Shown here: positions 12,357 through 25,624 of the stretch, in pieces
Layout of the letters: each line of letters begins with the position of its first letter
Numbering within the stretch: position 1 is the stretch's first letter
NCBI GenBank assembly: GCA_030248215.1
Contig: JASANG010000611.1
Location: forward strand, 434,001-498,000
DNA: 64,000 nucleotides
Direction of reading: 5' to 3'
Source: Enoplolaimus lenunculus
Taxonomy: Eukaryota
Program-made: the position numbers and the translations under genes
Notes under the pieces: generated by a model
Told to the model about the DNA's origin: nothing
Seen by the model: the letters and a program-made list of their open reading frames with translations, nothing else
The model's database searches: none

Positions 12357-15106
12357 CATTTTGCTAGCAATTATGCAGAACAAAAATTTATTTCAACTCG
12401 TTTCTACACATTACAAATTTCTTTCTGATGCAGTTTGGAAACATATTCTTTTTCATAGGCCCTTTCGGAGCACTTTAACTTCTGATTACCTTTATTATTG
12501 TCAAAAAATATTTACTTACCACAAAAGCTGACCAGAGTACAACTGTAACCAAAGTAGTTTCAACTAGTGGTTCAATGTTAAGGACTCATATCCTCGCGCA
12601 TTCCTGCTTCTCAATAAAACCTCTGGCCACCGAAGTAAGGTGACAACTCACACCAGGGTAGTAACAAAGATTAAGATTCGGATTAGGCAAAAATTTGCGG
12701 TTCGGATTCGGTTTCGCTTCTGAAAAAACCGAATAAAAAAAGCCGAATCCAACAGTGTTTGGCAATATGTTTTTCATTTTTAAACAATAAAATGCAAGTA
12801 AATTGTTATATAAATCAACATTTTTAATGCAGGTCACAAATCTTAGAACTGAGGTCCAGCTCAAAATAACGTTTAAAGTTATGCTGCTGGAATTGCGATG
12901 ATATTCTGAAGTAAATTATAGATATATGTCTGAAATTCGCAACATGCAAGATTCGGATTCAGATTCGGCAAATTAGCAACAGATTCGAATTCGGGTTCGG
13001 ACTCGGTTGAATCGTGGTTCGGTGCCAGCTTAAGAGTGTGTTGAAAGAAATCTTTAGAAAATTGGTTGATCAAAAATGAAAGAAAAAAACTTGGCCCGCA
13101 ACGTAATATCTTCGGACTTCAAAAAATTTCCAGACTTCGGTGGACTCATTGAATCCTCTAAGTGCAAATCTAGAACAGTCGCTGGGCCGAAATATTGTTT
13201 CGTATTTTTGGTATAATTTGTTTCATTAAAATGTATCACTTTAATCTCTGGAGTACGAAAGAATTATGGTTAAAAAAGGGCCTGCTAGTCATACGTGCCA
13301 CTAGTCATATGGGGCCCAGACCGCATGGTCCTATGGGCCCCGGGCAAACCAGCACCATATTTCGGCCCTGAACGTATATCTGACAATGCGCAAACTAGGA
13401 GTTTTCAAACACTGCTACCACTAGGGTTCGTATTTTCAAATGTGTGTAGCATCTCTCCCCAGTTATCGCTAACTGGTGATCGATGTTATACGCAATTTGA
13501 CAATGCGAACCCAGAAAGCAACGTTGTCGCCACAAGCTAAACTAACTACCCTTATGATGCGAATCTGTTCTATAACATTGTCATAGCATAAATGTAATAT
13601 CTGCAAATTTAATATTAATTCACCCAAACCAAAATAAAAATGGCGCAAAGCCTTGTATTAGAACGAAAAATATCACAAACAGTCTGAACATACTTTATAT
13701 GATGTGGCATACATGCTGAGATGCAATTGTCTCGGACGCAAATATATATCTCCACGGTCATTGTCATTGATAATCATAAATGAAAATTCTTCCAAATTTT
13801 TTATATGCGGCAATTTACACTGTTCAATCATAATCGATTCCAATCAAAATTGCTTCACAAAATAAACCAGTGACGAAGTTTGACGAAATCTGAGGGGCTG
13901 CTCCCAGACCTGGGCCTTCATCAGAGGTTAAAAACAAAATTTTCTGTTAAAATTAGGGCTAAAGTCCCACTATTCCACACTCAAATATGGATGTGTTAAA
14001 ATTGGATCTTATAGGGTTCGTTTTAGTACCATATTGGTCTCGAAAATTATACAGTGCACAAAATTTTAAAAATTAATAGTTCATTGAACAGCGCCGCGAT
14101 ATTGAGTAGAATGGTTTATAAGGTAAAGGTCTTACACCTCTGTAACAGGGCACCACCAGAGATTCGCCTCCAGCTGCGACAAAAACTCAGTTTCCAGCTC
14201 CAGCATAACATTTCAAAAGATTCCGGCAGTTTCGGTATGAAACTTATTAGCATTTTGATAAAAGTTTGCGTTTCAGTGAGCTTGTTTGTACATTTGAGGC
14301 AATTTGAAAGACTTGAAATTTTGCTTAACCTCCGTCTCTAACACAGTTTGTTGATTTCCGGCACCGGCTCCGGCAGAAATTACCGACCGCCGGCTCCTGT
14401 GTTTTTCAATTTATGTTACACGTTGCTTGTAATCATTGGATCACACATTTCGCAAGCAATTTTTATAGAGGTACACATTTGTTTGCGATGCCATAAAATG
14501 CCTATTTTTCAAGTTCACTCAATAAAATAGAGTTATTTGAACAATGGTGTAGACAATGCAAAGAATCGAAGTGAAGCACAGTAAAAACAATGGACACAAT
14601 TGTTATTTAAAGCAAGTGTCGACGCCCAAACCTACAATGTAACGAACGATCATAGAATAGATAGATATCTCAAAATATTTCTGATTTGAGATAGGAGCTA
14701 TTAGTTTCAAAAATGCTCAGTTTGATTATAAATATATATACGCAATTTTAAATTGAATCGAAACACATAATTGTTTCAAGTAGAAGCGAGTTTTTACATT
14801 AAACACAATTGGTTCCAATAAAGGTGTCCCAGCTAAACAGTTTTCAACAAGACTGTTGACTGAATTGTTCGACAAATCTACCAAGCTACTCTCCCTATTC
14901 AATCAATGTATTGTGTTTCAGTTTTGTTGCACATTCTTTAAAATAGTTGGGAATTGGGATTTTCACATACATTTATCAAACCACAAGCGGCGGCCTTCAT
15001 AGGCAGGCTGTGACAGAAAATGGACCTCTGGCTTGTATAGAATTTTTGGAAAACGTTCTAGCAGATTCGGCAGTAAAATTTCGTATTTTTCTGAAAGTTA
15101 TCAGAG

Positions 15107-15360
15107 TACAACCGGAGGTCTGCCTCCTGCACTTGCTCTGGCAGAAAATTAGCCTCCGGTAAAATTTTTGCCGGAGGTTCCGTCAATTTCGGTAGCAAAA
15201 TTTTGTATAATTTTGGAAAATTTATCTGTTTAGTGCGTTCCGTTTTTACTTTTGTCACAATTTCCAACAAAGAATTTCCAAAATTTTAACTTTCGAACAA
15301 TTATCGCTCTTTTCAGGGTGGAAAACCGGATATCAGTTTCCGTTCCTGGTAAAACCCGAT
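15107..15360. mobile_element. Interspersed repeat family D (ACAACCGGAGGTCTGCCTCC...)
   Basis: Same motif and downstream ...TTTACTTTTGTCACAATTT at ~45489-45700 and ~46027-46600. An inverted end GGAGGCAGACCTCCGGTTGTACACTG lies at ~46901-46926. Confidence 0.65.
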
Positions 15361-16580
15361 GTCCGTTTTCGTGGCGCTGTATAGAAAAGGGTCGGAACGA
15401 AGCTCAAGCTTCAAACTATTTTTTGCTTATAGGCTTAGGGGGCCATGTTGCTAAGGGGCGTAGAGGTTTTTGGTGGGTCTATAACAGAGTGGGTTTAGAT
15501 TCTGGATTACAATTTTTCGCTCTGGCTTATGAACGCATTTTTGTAACGTTTAGGCTTAGGCTTAGAAATACGCTTAACGTACTGTTACGCCCCTAAAAGT
15601 AACATTGGCCGATAAGTTGCAATTGTTCACAATGAAATATAAACTGTGAAATTCATCCAAAATCTTAGTTTTCGATACATCGGCCATTTATTCGTTATAA
15701 TTCCCGAAAGACCGGTGAATATATGTACGCTTCAAATGTGTTGGCAAAAAATAAAACCTTTTTGGTATTTTGTACTTCAATTACCGTTTTCCGTTGTGTT
15801 CATCGCTTTCAGTTTCCGTTATTTTTACTTCCCGTCGACACCCTGCTGATTAGTATTGTATGACCGGTGCATATTACAAGCGTGTCTGAATTAAGCGGTC
15901 GGTCACTCTGGTAAAACTTAAATCTTGGACATGTGGCTAAACAGTTATTCAGCTGTTATTGTAGAAAAAAGTACTCGCACAAATCTCATTGAAAGGCATA
16001 ACGTTTAAGAATATTAGTTTTACTACTGAAGTTGCCAGAGCATTCGCCAAAAACTCGACCGGAAACTAGTTCTATACTTATAACAGTTAGCGTGGAAGAT
16101 GGCTCATAAGTATTTTAGAATTCAAGATCAGAGTAGATTTGCTGGCTCTGCCATACAGGTTTAAAGCTTAAGATGAGTTAGTATTATGATATGTCCATTG
16201 ATTGAATTCCAAGAAGCTTAAAACATTTCAGCCAAAACAGCCAAAAAGCTTGCGAAATCGAAGCTCCAAATCAAGGACAAAGTAGTTTCATGCTTTTAAT
16301 GCACTCATAAAGTAACACTTATTACAAACCATCTAGACTATGGAGTTGATTACAAAGCGTGCTTTCGCAATATTGATGAGTTGTCGAACTGATTCATACT
16401 TGACATACGCACGCATCAGACCACTTTCGCAGCTGCTTGCTGTTCCAAATCTGATATTTCAAAAATTTTGAGATACACATTTTCATGCCATTCCAAGAAA
16501 AATTTGTAACCTATTACTGGTGCGTAACACTACAAGCTGAATGCATAAAATACTAAAATGTCTGTAAATCTTTTAACCAT

Positions 16581-19500
16581 TTAATGTAAGTATACAACTT
16601 CATCCCGTTTTCGCTTCATTACAAATGATCCTGGTTTCTGTTGCGCATCCGGATGATTCGAAAGTTCTGCAGGACAAACTGATACTGGAGATTCGACCAA
16701 CAATTCTTTTAAGTCGTAGAAAACAGCGTTATCGTCTTTAGTTAAAAACGTAACCGCTCTGCCAGTTTTCCCAGCGCGACCAGTTCTGCCAATTCTGTGA
16801 GTATAATCTTCAATATTCTTTGCCATATCGTAGTTAATGACCAGCGACACGTCTTTGATATCAATACCACGACCTAAAACAATTCAGTAGTTGATACCTC
16901 ACTAAAACTATCACACCCATGTAAATGCATACACAAATACAGGAGCGTAGTAATGATTTCATCTAGGAGTGGTATAAGTTGATTTAAAGTAATCAATTTT
17001 AGACTCTCGAACATACAGTTTAGTCCCTTGTAAAATTAGTTTTTAGCCTCAGAAATTTCAAAGTGAGATATATCCCTATTACTCCCCTTGTATGCATCCC
17101 TGTACAACTAAAATTATTTTTAGGTGAAACACAATGCATATAACAGATAAATTAACCAAAAGCTTGGTTGAAAATCTAAGAAGTTAAACTAGCAGCTAAA
17201 TTCCAAGCAAGAAACGAGTACCTGCAACATCTGTAGCAACCAAAATATCTTTCGTTCCATCTTTTAGACTTTGCAAGGCGAACTCACGTTGTTCTTGACC
17301 TTTTCCACCATGCAATACGCACGGATTAAACTAAAACCAAAGGTCAAAATACAATAAGTTACTATTACGACGCTTATAAAATATTGTTAAATACTATTGA
17401 AAACAACAGTTGTCTAGCTTGCTGTGCGTTGTATCCGATCCGGCACACTTGTTACTGATGTCACCAGTGTAGGTTATAAACGAAACAAACCACGATTTTG
17501 TAAATCGTTACTACATTTCGAAAAAACATAAAAAATTTTTAACATAGACAACTTACCCCAAGCTTCTCTATTCCTTTAGCTAAAATATCGGCACCCTTCT
17601 TCTGATTGACAAAAATAATAATAGGCGGATCAATTCCACGTTCAAGTATTTCAACCAGTTTCTTTCTGAAAATATAAACAACCTCATTTGTTATTATACA
17701 TAGTAGCTACCACATACTGCCATTTCAAACACGCTCAACAGTAAAGTGTTTAATTCTGCGGGATAAAGATAAACAATACCGGTCATCTAAGCTGTGTACC
17801 AAGCAATAATTTCAAACACTTACCTCTTTTCTGCCTCCGAGACCATTGAAACAATTTGTTCCACTCTTTCTGTCGGTTTACCAATTGATCCAATATAAAC
17901 TACCGCTGGCCGACGCAAATAGTTTCGCGCGAGACGTTCAATCGCAGGAGACATTGTTGCCGTAAACATAACAGTCTTAAAATATTAAGTAAGACTGAGT
18001 CACACATACATCTAATTAACAAGAACACAACACAAAAACCCAGAAACCCTTAAATTTGCGAACAATACGCTAGAAGCGCACAATTTTTAAGTAATATTTG
18101 CTAGTAATTATTGTGATAACTGTACGCAATAAAGTAGCAAACAGGATTAATAAGTCTGTTTCAAAAATGAACAAATCTAAAGCAGAGCTCGTTTGCATCG
18201 TATCGCTCATTGCTATTTTTAGACGGACTGACCCGTCACGTACTGAAGTAATAATGTATATTAACTTGAAAAAGAACTAACAATAAACGCATTATTACAA
18301 ATATTTTAAAACCAGAACACCTGTCGATATTTCTTTTTTGTAGAGAAATTAGCCAACAGTTTTGCTTGATCTTCAGCATCATCCGTGTCTGGTTTTACAT
18401 TAGTTGCAGGCATATACGATAAAATCTTTTGAACAGCTTGTTCGAAACCCATGTCCAACATTTTGTCCGCCTGAACACAACATAGTTTACAAATTTACAA
18501 AAATTAAAATGTAGCGTCGTATGCTCCGTCAATTTGTGCACAAATTCAATGACGTAGCAGTATTTGCAAACCGGAAGCAATATTGTCTGACGAGATTTGG
18601 TTTGAAAAATGAAACACCTTGTTTTATTTCACATTAGCTACCGAAACATACCACTTAAAACTGTACCTAACAGAACAACGACTTTAAGCGGATGCATAAC
18701 CAAAGCGGAAGAAATAGAAAATAATCTAGGATCACGGTTAAGCGTTCAACTTGAACAAAAGCACACAGCAGTGTTTGACCTTGCCGTTAGTAAACACATA
18801 AATGCCTCATATCGCTGTCTTGATGAATTAACAAATTGCTAACCTCGTCAAGAATAACGTAAGTACACTGTGTGAGTACCAAATAGCGGTTTTCAAGCAC
18901 ATCTTGCATGCGACCAGGAGTTGCAATGACAACCTGAATGGATAATATCATATCACAGTTAGCATTATAAATTCGTTAATGGAAACATAAGATCCCATTA
19001 GCACAGCGGTCTTTAAGAAAAATGATATTGCCCGTAAAGCTAATGCATTCCGCAAACACCTAACTCTATTTTAAACTAGCAGTCGTAGTGGGACTACATG
19101 TATTGAGCGAAGCTCGAACACACGCAAGCAATTAAAGTAATATGAAAATTAGTTATTAGCTAACTATTCGTTTATCGGTTTTGGAGGTTTGTAAACAATT
19201 TATTCAGATTCCTCGCACCCAAAAATACAGTAACCTCAATAATTATTGAAATAATTCAAAAAATCTTAATTTTGTCTTGTCAATTAAGGCAATATGCAAA
19301 TTAGCTATTAGCTAACTAATCAATTATGGGTTTTGGAGCTTTGTAAACAGTCTATTCAGATTCCTCGCATCCAAAAACCCTTTAATGCTGAAATTAGATT
19401 GCTTGTAACACTGTAATATTTAGTGAAATAATGTAGAAAGTCCTAATTTAGGCTTAACTAATTATGCAAATTAGCCTGTAGCTAATAAACGGCTTAAAAT

Positions 19501-22500
19501 TATAAAATCCCAATGCGAGGTCAACACTCCAGGATAATTGGCTTTCAAACAAAAAAGTTTATCAAAATCGGTTCAGCCGTTCCTGAGATTCTTTTCGGAC
19601 GGACGGATGGACATCAACCAATTCGACCCGAGTACGAAACATAAAATACTGTGCGAAATCCGAACTTCGCTCGGAGTATCGCCTCGCTCAAAAAGCCTAC
19701 GACTGTCTCAAACGCGACATACCATAAATTCGACACATTCTATTTAATGCTAAAAAACTTACCTCGCATCCAAGCCTTAGCTTAAAGCCTTGTTCTTCCC
19801 GAGACAAGCCGCCGATCAGTGACACTGTGCGAACACCAAGAGGTTTGCCGAATCGCATTGTTTCTTCTTCGATCTGAGATGCCAGCTCACGTGTCGGGGC
19901 CAAAATTACAGCGTACGGACCTTGGTCCCGGTCTTCTTCGCTAAAACCAAATTTTGCAATGGAAGCGTAGAACAATGTTCATATAAAACTTCAACAATTA
20001 CAAGCAATTGTTCAACATGGTCAAAGTGCCGGGAAGCTACATTATTTTTTACTATCAAAATTTATATTATAATTTAAAATTGTCGCTGTCAGGTGAATTT
20101 ATCGCACCAAATTAGCCAGTTCTCAGCAATGCTTCACGAGCAACAACAAGCTCGTACTATTCGCATATGCGCGAATTCAACATAAATAATGGCTCTAATT
20201 ACACGACGTCCGCACCAGAATTAAGCGATTCAGATTTAGTACAGGACAATGACAACTTAGAAATATACGTTCGTAAAACACTGACTAATGATTTATACGC
20301 TATTTAAATAAAATAAACTTTCTGCCTGGTTAAAGCCACTATAAAACTCATACCGAACCAGTTTTGGCAAAGATGTAATCCAAACCAACAAAGGAATCAG
20401 AAACGCAGCAGTCTTTCCTGATCCAGTTTCTGCTACCCCAATAACGTCACGGTTCTGTAGACCAATTGGAATAGCTTGACGCTGAATTGGAGTTGGTTCC
20501 TGTAAACCGAAGAGTAGTAAAACTAAAACATTGAAAGTTGTTTTAAAATACGTAAATCTAATATTGTTCAAGATCATAAATAAAAGATATTTGTTGTTTA
20601 ACCTGCACTACTGGCAGTGAATTAACTGACCGCCTACCTATTATTGCCATAGTTTGATTCGGAGTGTTACATACACGTTATGAACTTATGATCCCACCTT
20701 ATAACTTAGTCCATCAATGACTTTGATTATTTCATCCGGTAGTCCAGCTTCATCCCATTTCCGTATCGGTTTAGGAATGTTGCCACCCTTAATTGAAATG
20801 TTAAAATCTTCACGAAAAATTCGCCAATCACGATCAACCATCTCTTCGAGCGTCTTTTCAGTCCAATGGCGGTCGTCAAAACTTTGTTTCGCTTCTTTCG
20901 CTTTAACTTTCTTGATCCGAACTCTAATATGTAAAACTTGCGCACAAACTACAGGTATATATAAGTTGTTGTGTCAAACCGGACCTCAGGTAAGATTTTT
21001 TATAATTCTTTCAATAAAAAATACAAGAATGGTGTATTTGCCAAACATTGTACTCAAAGTCCAACCACTATAAGCTCTGGCGTGAAATTATATTTTCTTT
21101 CTATGAAATGCAACAACTCAAAACATGATTTATGAAAAATTGAAAATGAGTATATATTTGAACAAAATTCAACAGATCAATTACCGTTAAAATAATGCGA
21201 CTCAAAATTTTTTCCTATTCATGAAAAACACCATTGTATAGCGCATAATAAACAAACTCACTGTTCCTGCGCCTTTTCCGTCATCGTTCGACGTTTCTCC
21301 ATCAATTCACAGTAAAACTTAGTTTGCTGTTTCTTTTGTGCCTTAATGTCGATACCAGCAATGTGACCACGGCCGAAAAATTGTATTTGATGACGATCTT
21401 TGTAAAGTGCATTATAGTCGTCCGCTGTATCTTCCGATGCATCCCAATCGAACACGAATTTCCGCTCATTAAAACGTCTCGCACGACGTTTCTTTTTTAC
21501 AACTCCTAAGTAACGGTCCTTAAATAATAAAATTTTTCAGTATTACCTATTTAATTATAGCTGGTTGTTAATACTACACCACAATGCACATAGTAAAACG
21601 ACCATTATCCACCTCAAAACTAGAACTTATCTCGTCTACTGGGTGAGATGAAATTATGAAGCCTTGTGCATGATTCATTCATCTGCTTAGAACGTCGTAA
21701 AACACTTAGTGAACATCTGATAATATTTCCTTAATTACCACTTTTGCAGCTTTAACATTTTACTATCGAAACCGCCAACCTTAATAGCAATTATTTCCTG
21801 CTCAGTTGCTGATGGGACTTCTACTGCGCCGTCCAGCACATCCGAAGCTTCGTGTACAGGCGCTGCAAAACTGGTCGACGGCAGCTCTTTAGCAGAGTGA
21901 CGATCATCGCCTCTTCCACCACGGCTAGTTCCATCCCTCGTCGAATCCCGTTCTCGTCTATCACGGTCCTTGTCACGATCTCTGTCCCTATCGCGATAGT
22001 CTCGATCCCGATAGTCACGGTCACGGCGGCGATCTGAGACATTTATCGAATGACGTATTATTGAGAAACCGGTTTATTTAATATGTACACGAAATCACTA
22101 AATAATGCTAAAAACTATTTAAAACATAGAACACACAATATCGGTTCCAAGAACAAATAAACTCAAAATCAAGCAATGCGCACGCTAAAAAGTTCAAAAA
22201 TAGAGATCCAATCGAATAAGCGAACTGAAACAGATTTCGCATTCCATTTAAAAGATATTTAACAAAAATCAATATATAAATACGCTTAACTAAAAATCCC
22301 TAAACTCAAACTACATAGTATATACTACAAATGTGGAAAAAACTTTTACCATCATGCCTTGCTGTTTCGAAGAAAGTTTGTCTCTGCTTACGTTCTTCAT
22401 CTTGTTTTGCGCGTTGAGCCTCGACAGCTTTCGCACGCCGCTCTAACGCAATTTTTTCGCGTTCTTCCTTTGACAAAAACTTGGGCTTAAACATGTAACA

Positions 22501-24451
22501 CAACAACTATGTAAACTAGGGATGTGCCGATGAATTGGCATCAGTAATAATCAACACTTTTTGTGAGTATCGGCATCGGCATCAGTACTGCAAAAAACTA
22601 CCGATTCATTAACGATCCTTTTTGCACTTAACAGTCAGTTGGAATGCTATCAATTTCACTCTTTGGTGCATATCAGTTTGTCTGATCAGGAAAACTGATA
22701 TCTCTTTTGAGTTTTGTTAGAAAAAATAAATTGAACCTTTCACATAAAATTATAATCGTTTACGGTTATTAAGTTTTAAACCTTAGCACAATGATGTAAT
22801 GTAGTATCCTATCTGTTTCTTAAGCATGGTGTACTAAAATTGGAATCGGCATCGGCAAATTTTCAAAATATGAATCAGCATCGGCAAAAGTTTTGGTATT
22901 GGCACATCCCTAATATAAATACTACAAAAATAGAATATACTAGTACTGTACTGCCGCATCAAAACGGCAGCTCAAAAAATGACTATTTTATTAAAATGAA
23001 ATCACGAATTTTTTAATAAGTTAAACGATGTCGCACATACCGCTTAACTCGGCAAGCACAACATACCTTATTTTGAGCTTCAAGTTCAGCTTGGCGCTTT
23101 GCTAACAATTCTTCTAAAGACAATGGCTCTGATGCTTTCTTTTTCTCCTCAACGTCATCATCTGGTTCTTCGCTTCGACTTCGCTCGTAATGTTTATGTT
23201 CGCTTGATCTATAAAGCAGAAGCAGTTTTGAGTTTCAAACAAGACTCAGTACAAAATAGTTACAAAACTAATGATATAAAATAACAAACGAAAATGAAGA
23301 TTTAACAAAAAGTGTTGCAGTCTTTTAGCAAATTACCCTGAGCTTAAGTAATACTGAAATCAAAGGTATATATGTACGCACAATCAACAGATGTTCGAAA
23401 TAGATAAATACATAAATATTCAGAAAGAAACCGTAATAGATTCTTGCCTCTTAGAAGATTTATGTTTGCGTTTGCGATCGCGACTAGAGCTACGTCGGTG
23501 ACGTTTGTCGTGATCTCTATAATAGGCAATAATAATAATACTAAATTTGAAACACCTGAAACAAGCACACAGATAACATACAGAGCAAAATGTAAATGCG
23601 CAAAACTAGAGTCACCACCTTTTTTGAAATGTAAAGCAGTTAATGAGGCTCTTTTTTTAAACTATTGTTACGCTTTCACAAAATGTACAAATGGAAAAAT
23701 GCACTAATTGCAAATACCTAGCATGAACCAGATCCATATTTTATACCTTCCTAGCATCAGCCAGGTCCACATATTAAACTTACTACAGCGACTTCAAGAT
23801 TGCTGCAAAAGTCTTTGAAATGTCAAGCAGCGGATAAGGCTCATACTTTACACTTTTGTTACGTTTTCATAAAATTTATAAACAACTAACAACATTGAAA
23901 AATGAGTATCTATATTTACCAAGAAAGTTTGACAGATCAAAATTACCTATCTCTGTGGTCTTTCTGCTTGTGTTTTCGCGAGCGCCTGTCATCGGATGGA
24001 GAATCGCTCCGCTTTAGTTTTGCGTTAGGACCATCTAAATTTGTTGAACCGTGGATCTAAATATATTCGTACACGAATTTTCCATGGATGGATTCTGTTA
24101 TCATATGCACGAGATTCCTTGCTTCAAAATAATGCTGTAAGTCTAAGCAACGCGTGTGGGTTTCCCAAAATTGAGCAAAACGAAAACCCAGACTCGAGAT
24201 AACGCAAACCAATATATACTTTACCTGGGTGTAAATTTCACGGTAAAGAACTATATACTTATTGCTCAGCATGGCCGAAATTTCCAAAAAAAGTTCTTTT
24301 TATGTCCAATACAAAAAACCTGCTGCATAAGATTAATCCTACTGTACTATCAACTTAAAGGAAAATTTACTACTGGTGCTGCTAAACTAACCATCACGTC
24401 CTGTGAGTTATTTGTTTTATTATCACGAAATCCGTCATCGTTTGTCACCAT
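16581..24451 (-). CDS. DDX23: U5 snRNP DEAD-box RNA helicase DDX23/Prp28, ~826 aa, 16 coding exons
   Basis: Exons (minus): 24451-24392, 24056-23947, 23516-23448, 23208-23067, 22485-22350, 22033-21780, 21518-21262, 20923-20698, 20499-20354, 19940-19763, 18933-18844, 18470-18321, 17975-17824, 17665-17557, 17330-17222, 16873-16581; all phases are consistent. Motifs: RS/RD-rich N-terminus, [70 protein letters not shown]. The first coding exon is less certain (alternative ATG at 24561). Confidence 0.96.
19074..19692 (-). mobile_element. DINE-1/HINE-like non-autonomous Helentron derivative (2 central repeat units) in DDX23 intron
   Basis: On the minus strand: 5' TTGAGCGAG subterminal IR plus hairpin, GTCC microsatellite, core ATCTCAGGAACGGCTGAACCGATTTTG, 3' CTTCGCTCAA subterminal IR, GTAGT-CCC-ACTAC hairpin. 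Homologous to 33762-34889. Confidence 0.8.
22517..22912. mobile_element. hAT-like MITE in DDX23 intron
   Basis: TIRs TAGGGATGTGCCGAT / ATTGGCACATCCCTA. Flanks ATGTAAAC / ATATAAAT (6/8 TSD). ATCGGC subterminal repeats. Confidence 0.8.
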
Positions 24452-25400
24452 GATGCTTCCTAGGTAGCAAATTGGAAAGATATTCCTAGCATACAAGATC
24501 GAGAATTTTTGAGCGACTGGTGTATATTAAAACATCACCTTTCACTTCTTACGACAACCATTTTTAGGTCTGAAACATGTAAAATTTGAAAAGATGAGCA
24601 CATACATACGTCGATGATGTTGGCGATAACTAGGTATCTGGCTATCTTTACCGACGTCTGCTTTCGAAAAATACGCACCAGGGTGCTGTTGATTATGTTC
24701 TTGTTGCAACGACCGCGGGGTGTAGTGGTAACATGCTTTGCTCGAGCACAAAACAATCAGACTTAAAGTTTCTGCGTGACTTTAACTTTAAGATTTTTAC
24801 ACAACTTGTGTAAGGTACTTCATGCCGCCTATCTAGATTCTTTCCTGGAACAATCATTCTCCTCGAAAACCACACGAACAGCATGAGCTGGCACAATGTT
24901 GCGACTGCAAGCTAAACCTCAAAAGCCTTTCATCTCCACTTGTTTCATACGCATTAAGTTTTAATAGTATAGCTACGTGATTTAATGTGTTTTCAACAAA
25001 TTGCCATTGGAATTTTTACGCGCTTATTTCGAAAAATTTATGCACAGATAGCCGATTTTAATCGGGTTTAATTAGAAAAGCATATGTGTATTTTTGTTTG
25101 AGAAAACTAACCGTTGGTCAGTAGGTTTCTAAGCTTGTTAATTTTATCAGGGAAAATAATTTTGTAGAAAAATTGTATTATCGTCCTCCATTCAAGTTGA
25201 CTATTTCAAAAGTATGTTTCCTGACTATATTTAGGAAATCTTTATTACGACTTGTTTGCAACTGAATGCGAGCGATCATTACTTAACAATACAATTCTTT
25301 TATTCTAAGTATTACACTATTTTGGTTAACTACGTCGCTAGGTAAAACTTAAAGCGGCTTAAAATAAGCGGCACAAGAGATTAGGTACTTCATTAATACG

Positions 25401-25620
25401 TTATGCGAAGACTTAAACCCTAACCGGAGTTTCGTGAAGCATTTTATGTTTTGTACTCTGAGATCGAACTGTGGAAGACCGCCCGAAAAGAAACAGGAAT
25501 CGCTGAACCGATTTTGATAAACTTTTTGTTGGAAAACATCGTGGGGTGTTAACCACACATTGGGTTTTAAAATTTTAAGCCATTTCTTAATTAAATTATT
25601 TCACTGATTATTAGGGTTAG
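25401..25620 (+). mobile_element. Degenerate 5' fragment of the DINE-1/HINE-like family
   Basis: CGGAGTTTCGTGAAGC...CTGAACCGATTTTGATAAACTTTTT...CATTGGGTTTTAAAATTTTAAGCC matches 33790-33975. Confidence 0.75.
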
Positions 25621-25624
25621 TTTC

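Noticed and set aside
24225..24272. Alternative DDX23 first exon [16 protein letters not shown] with a phase-0 donor
   Set aside because: Formally possible, but the composition is intron-like. The 24451-24392 exon fits better; not excluded without RNA data.
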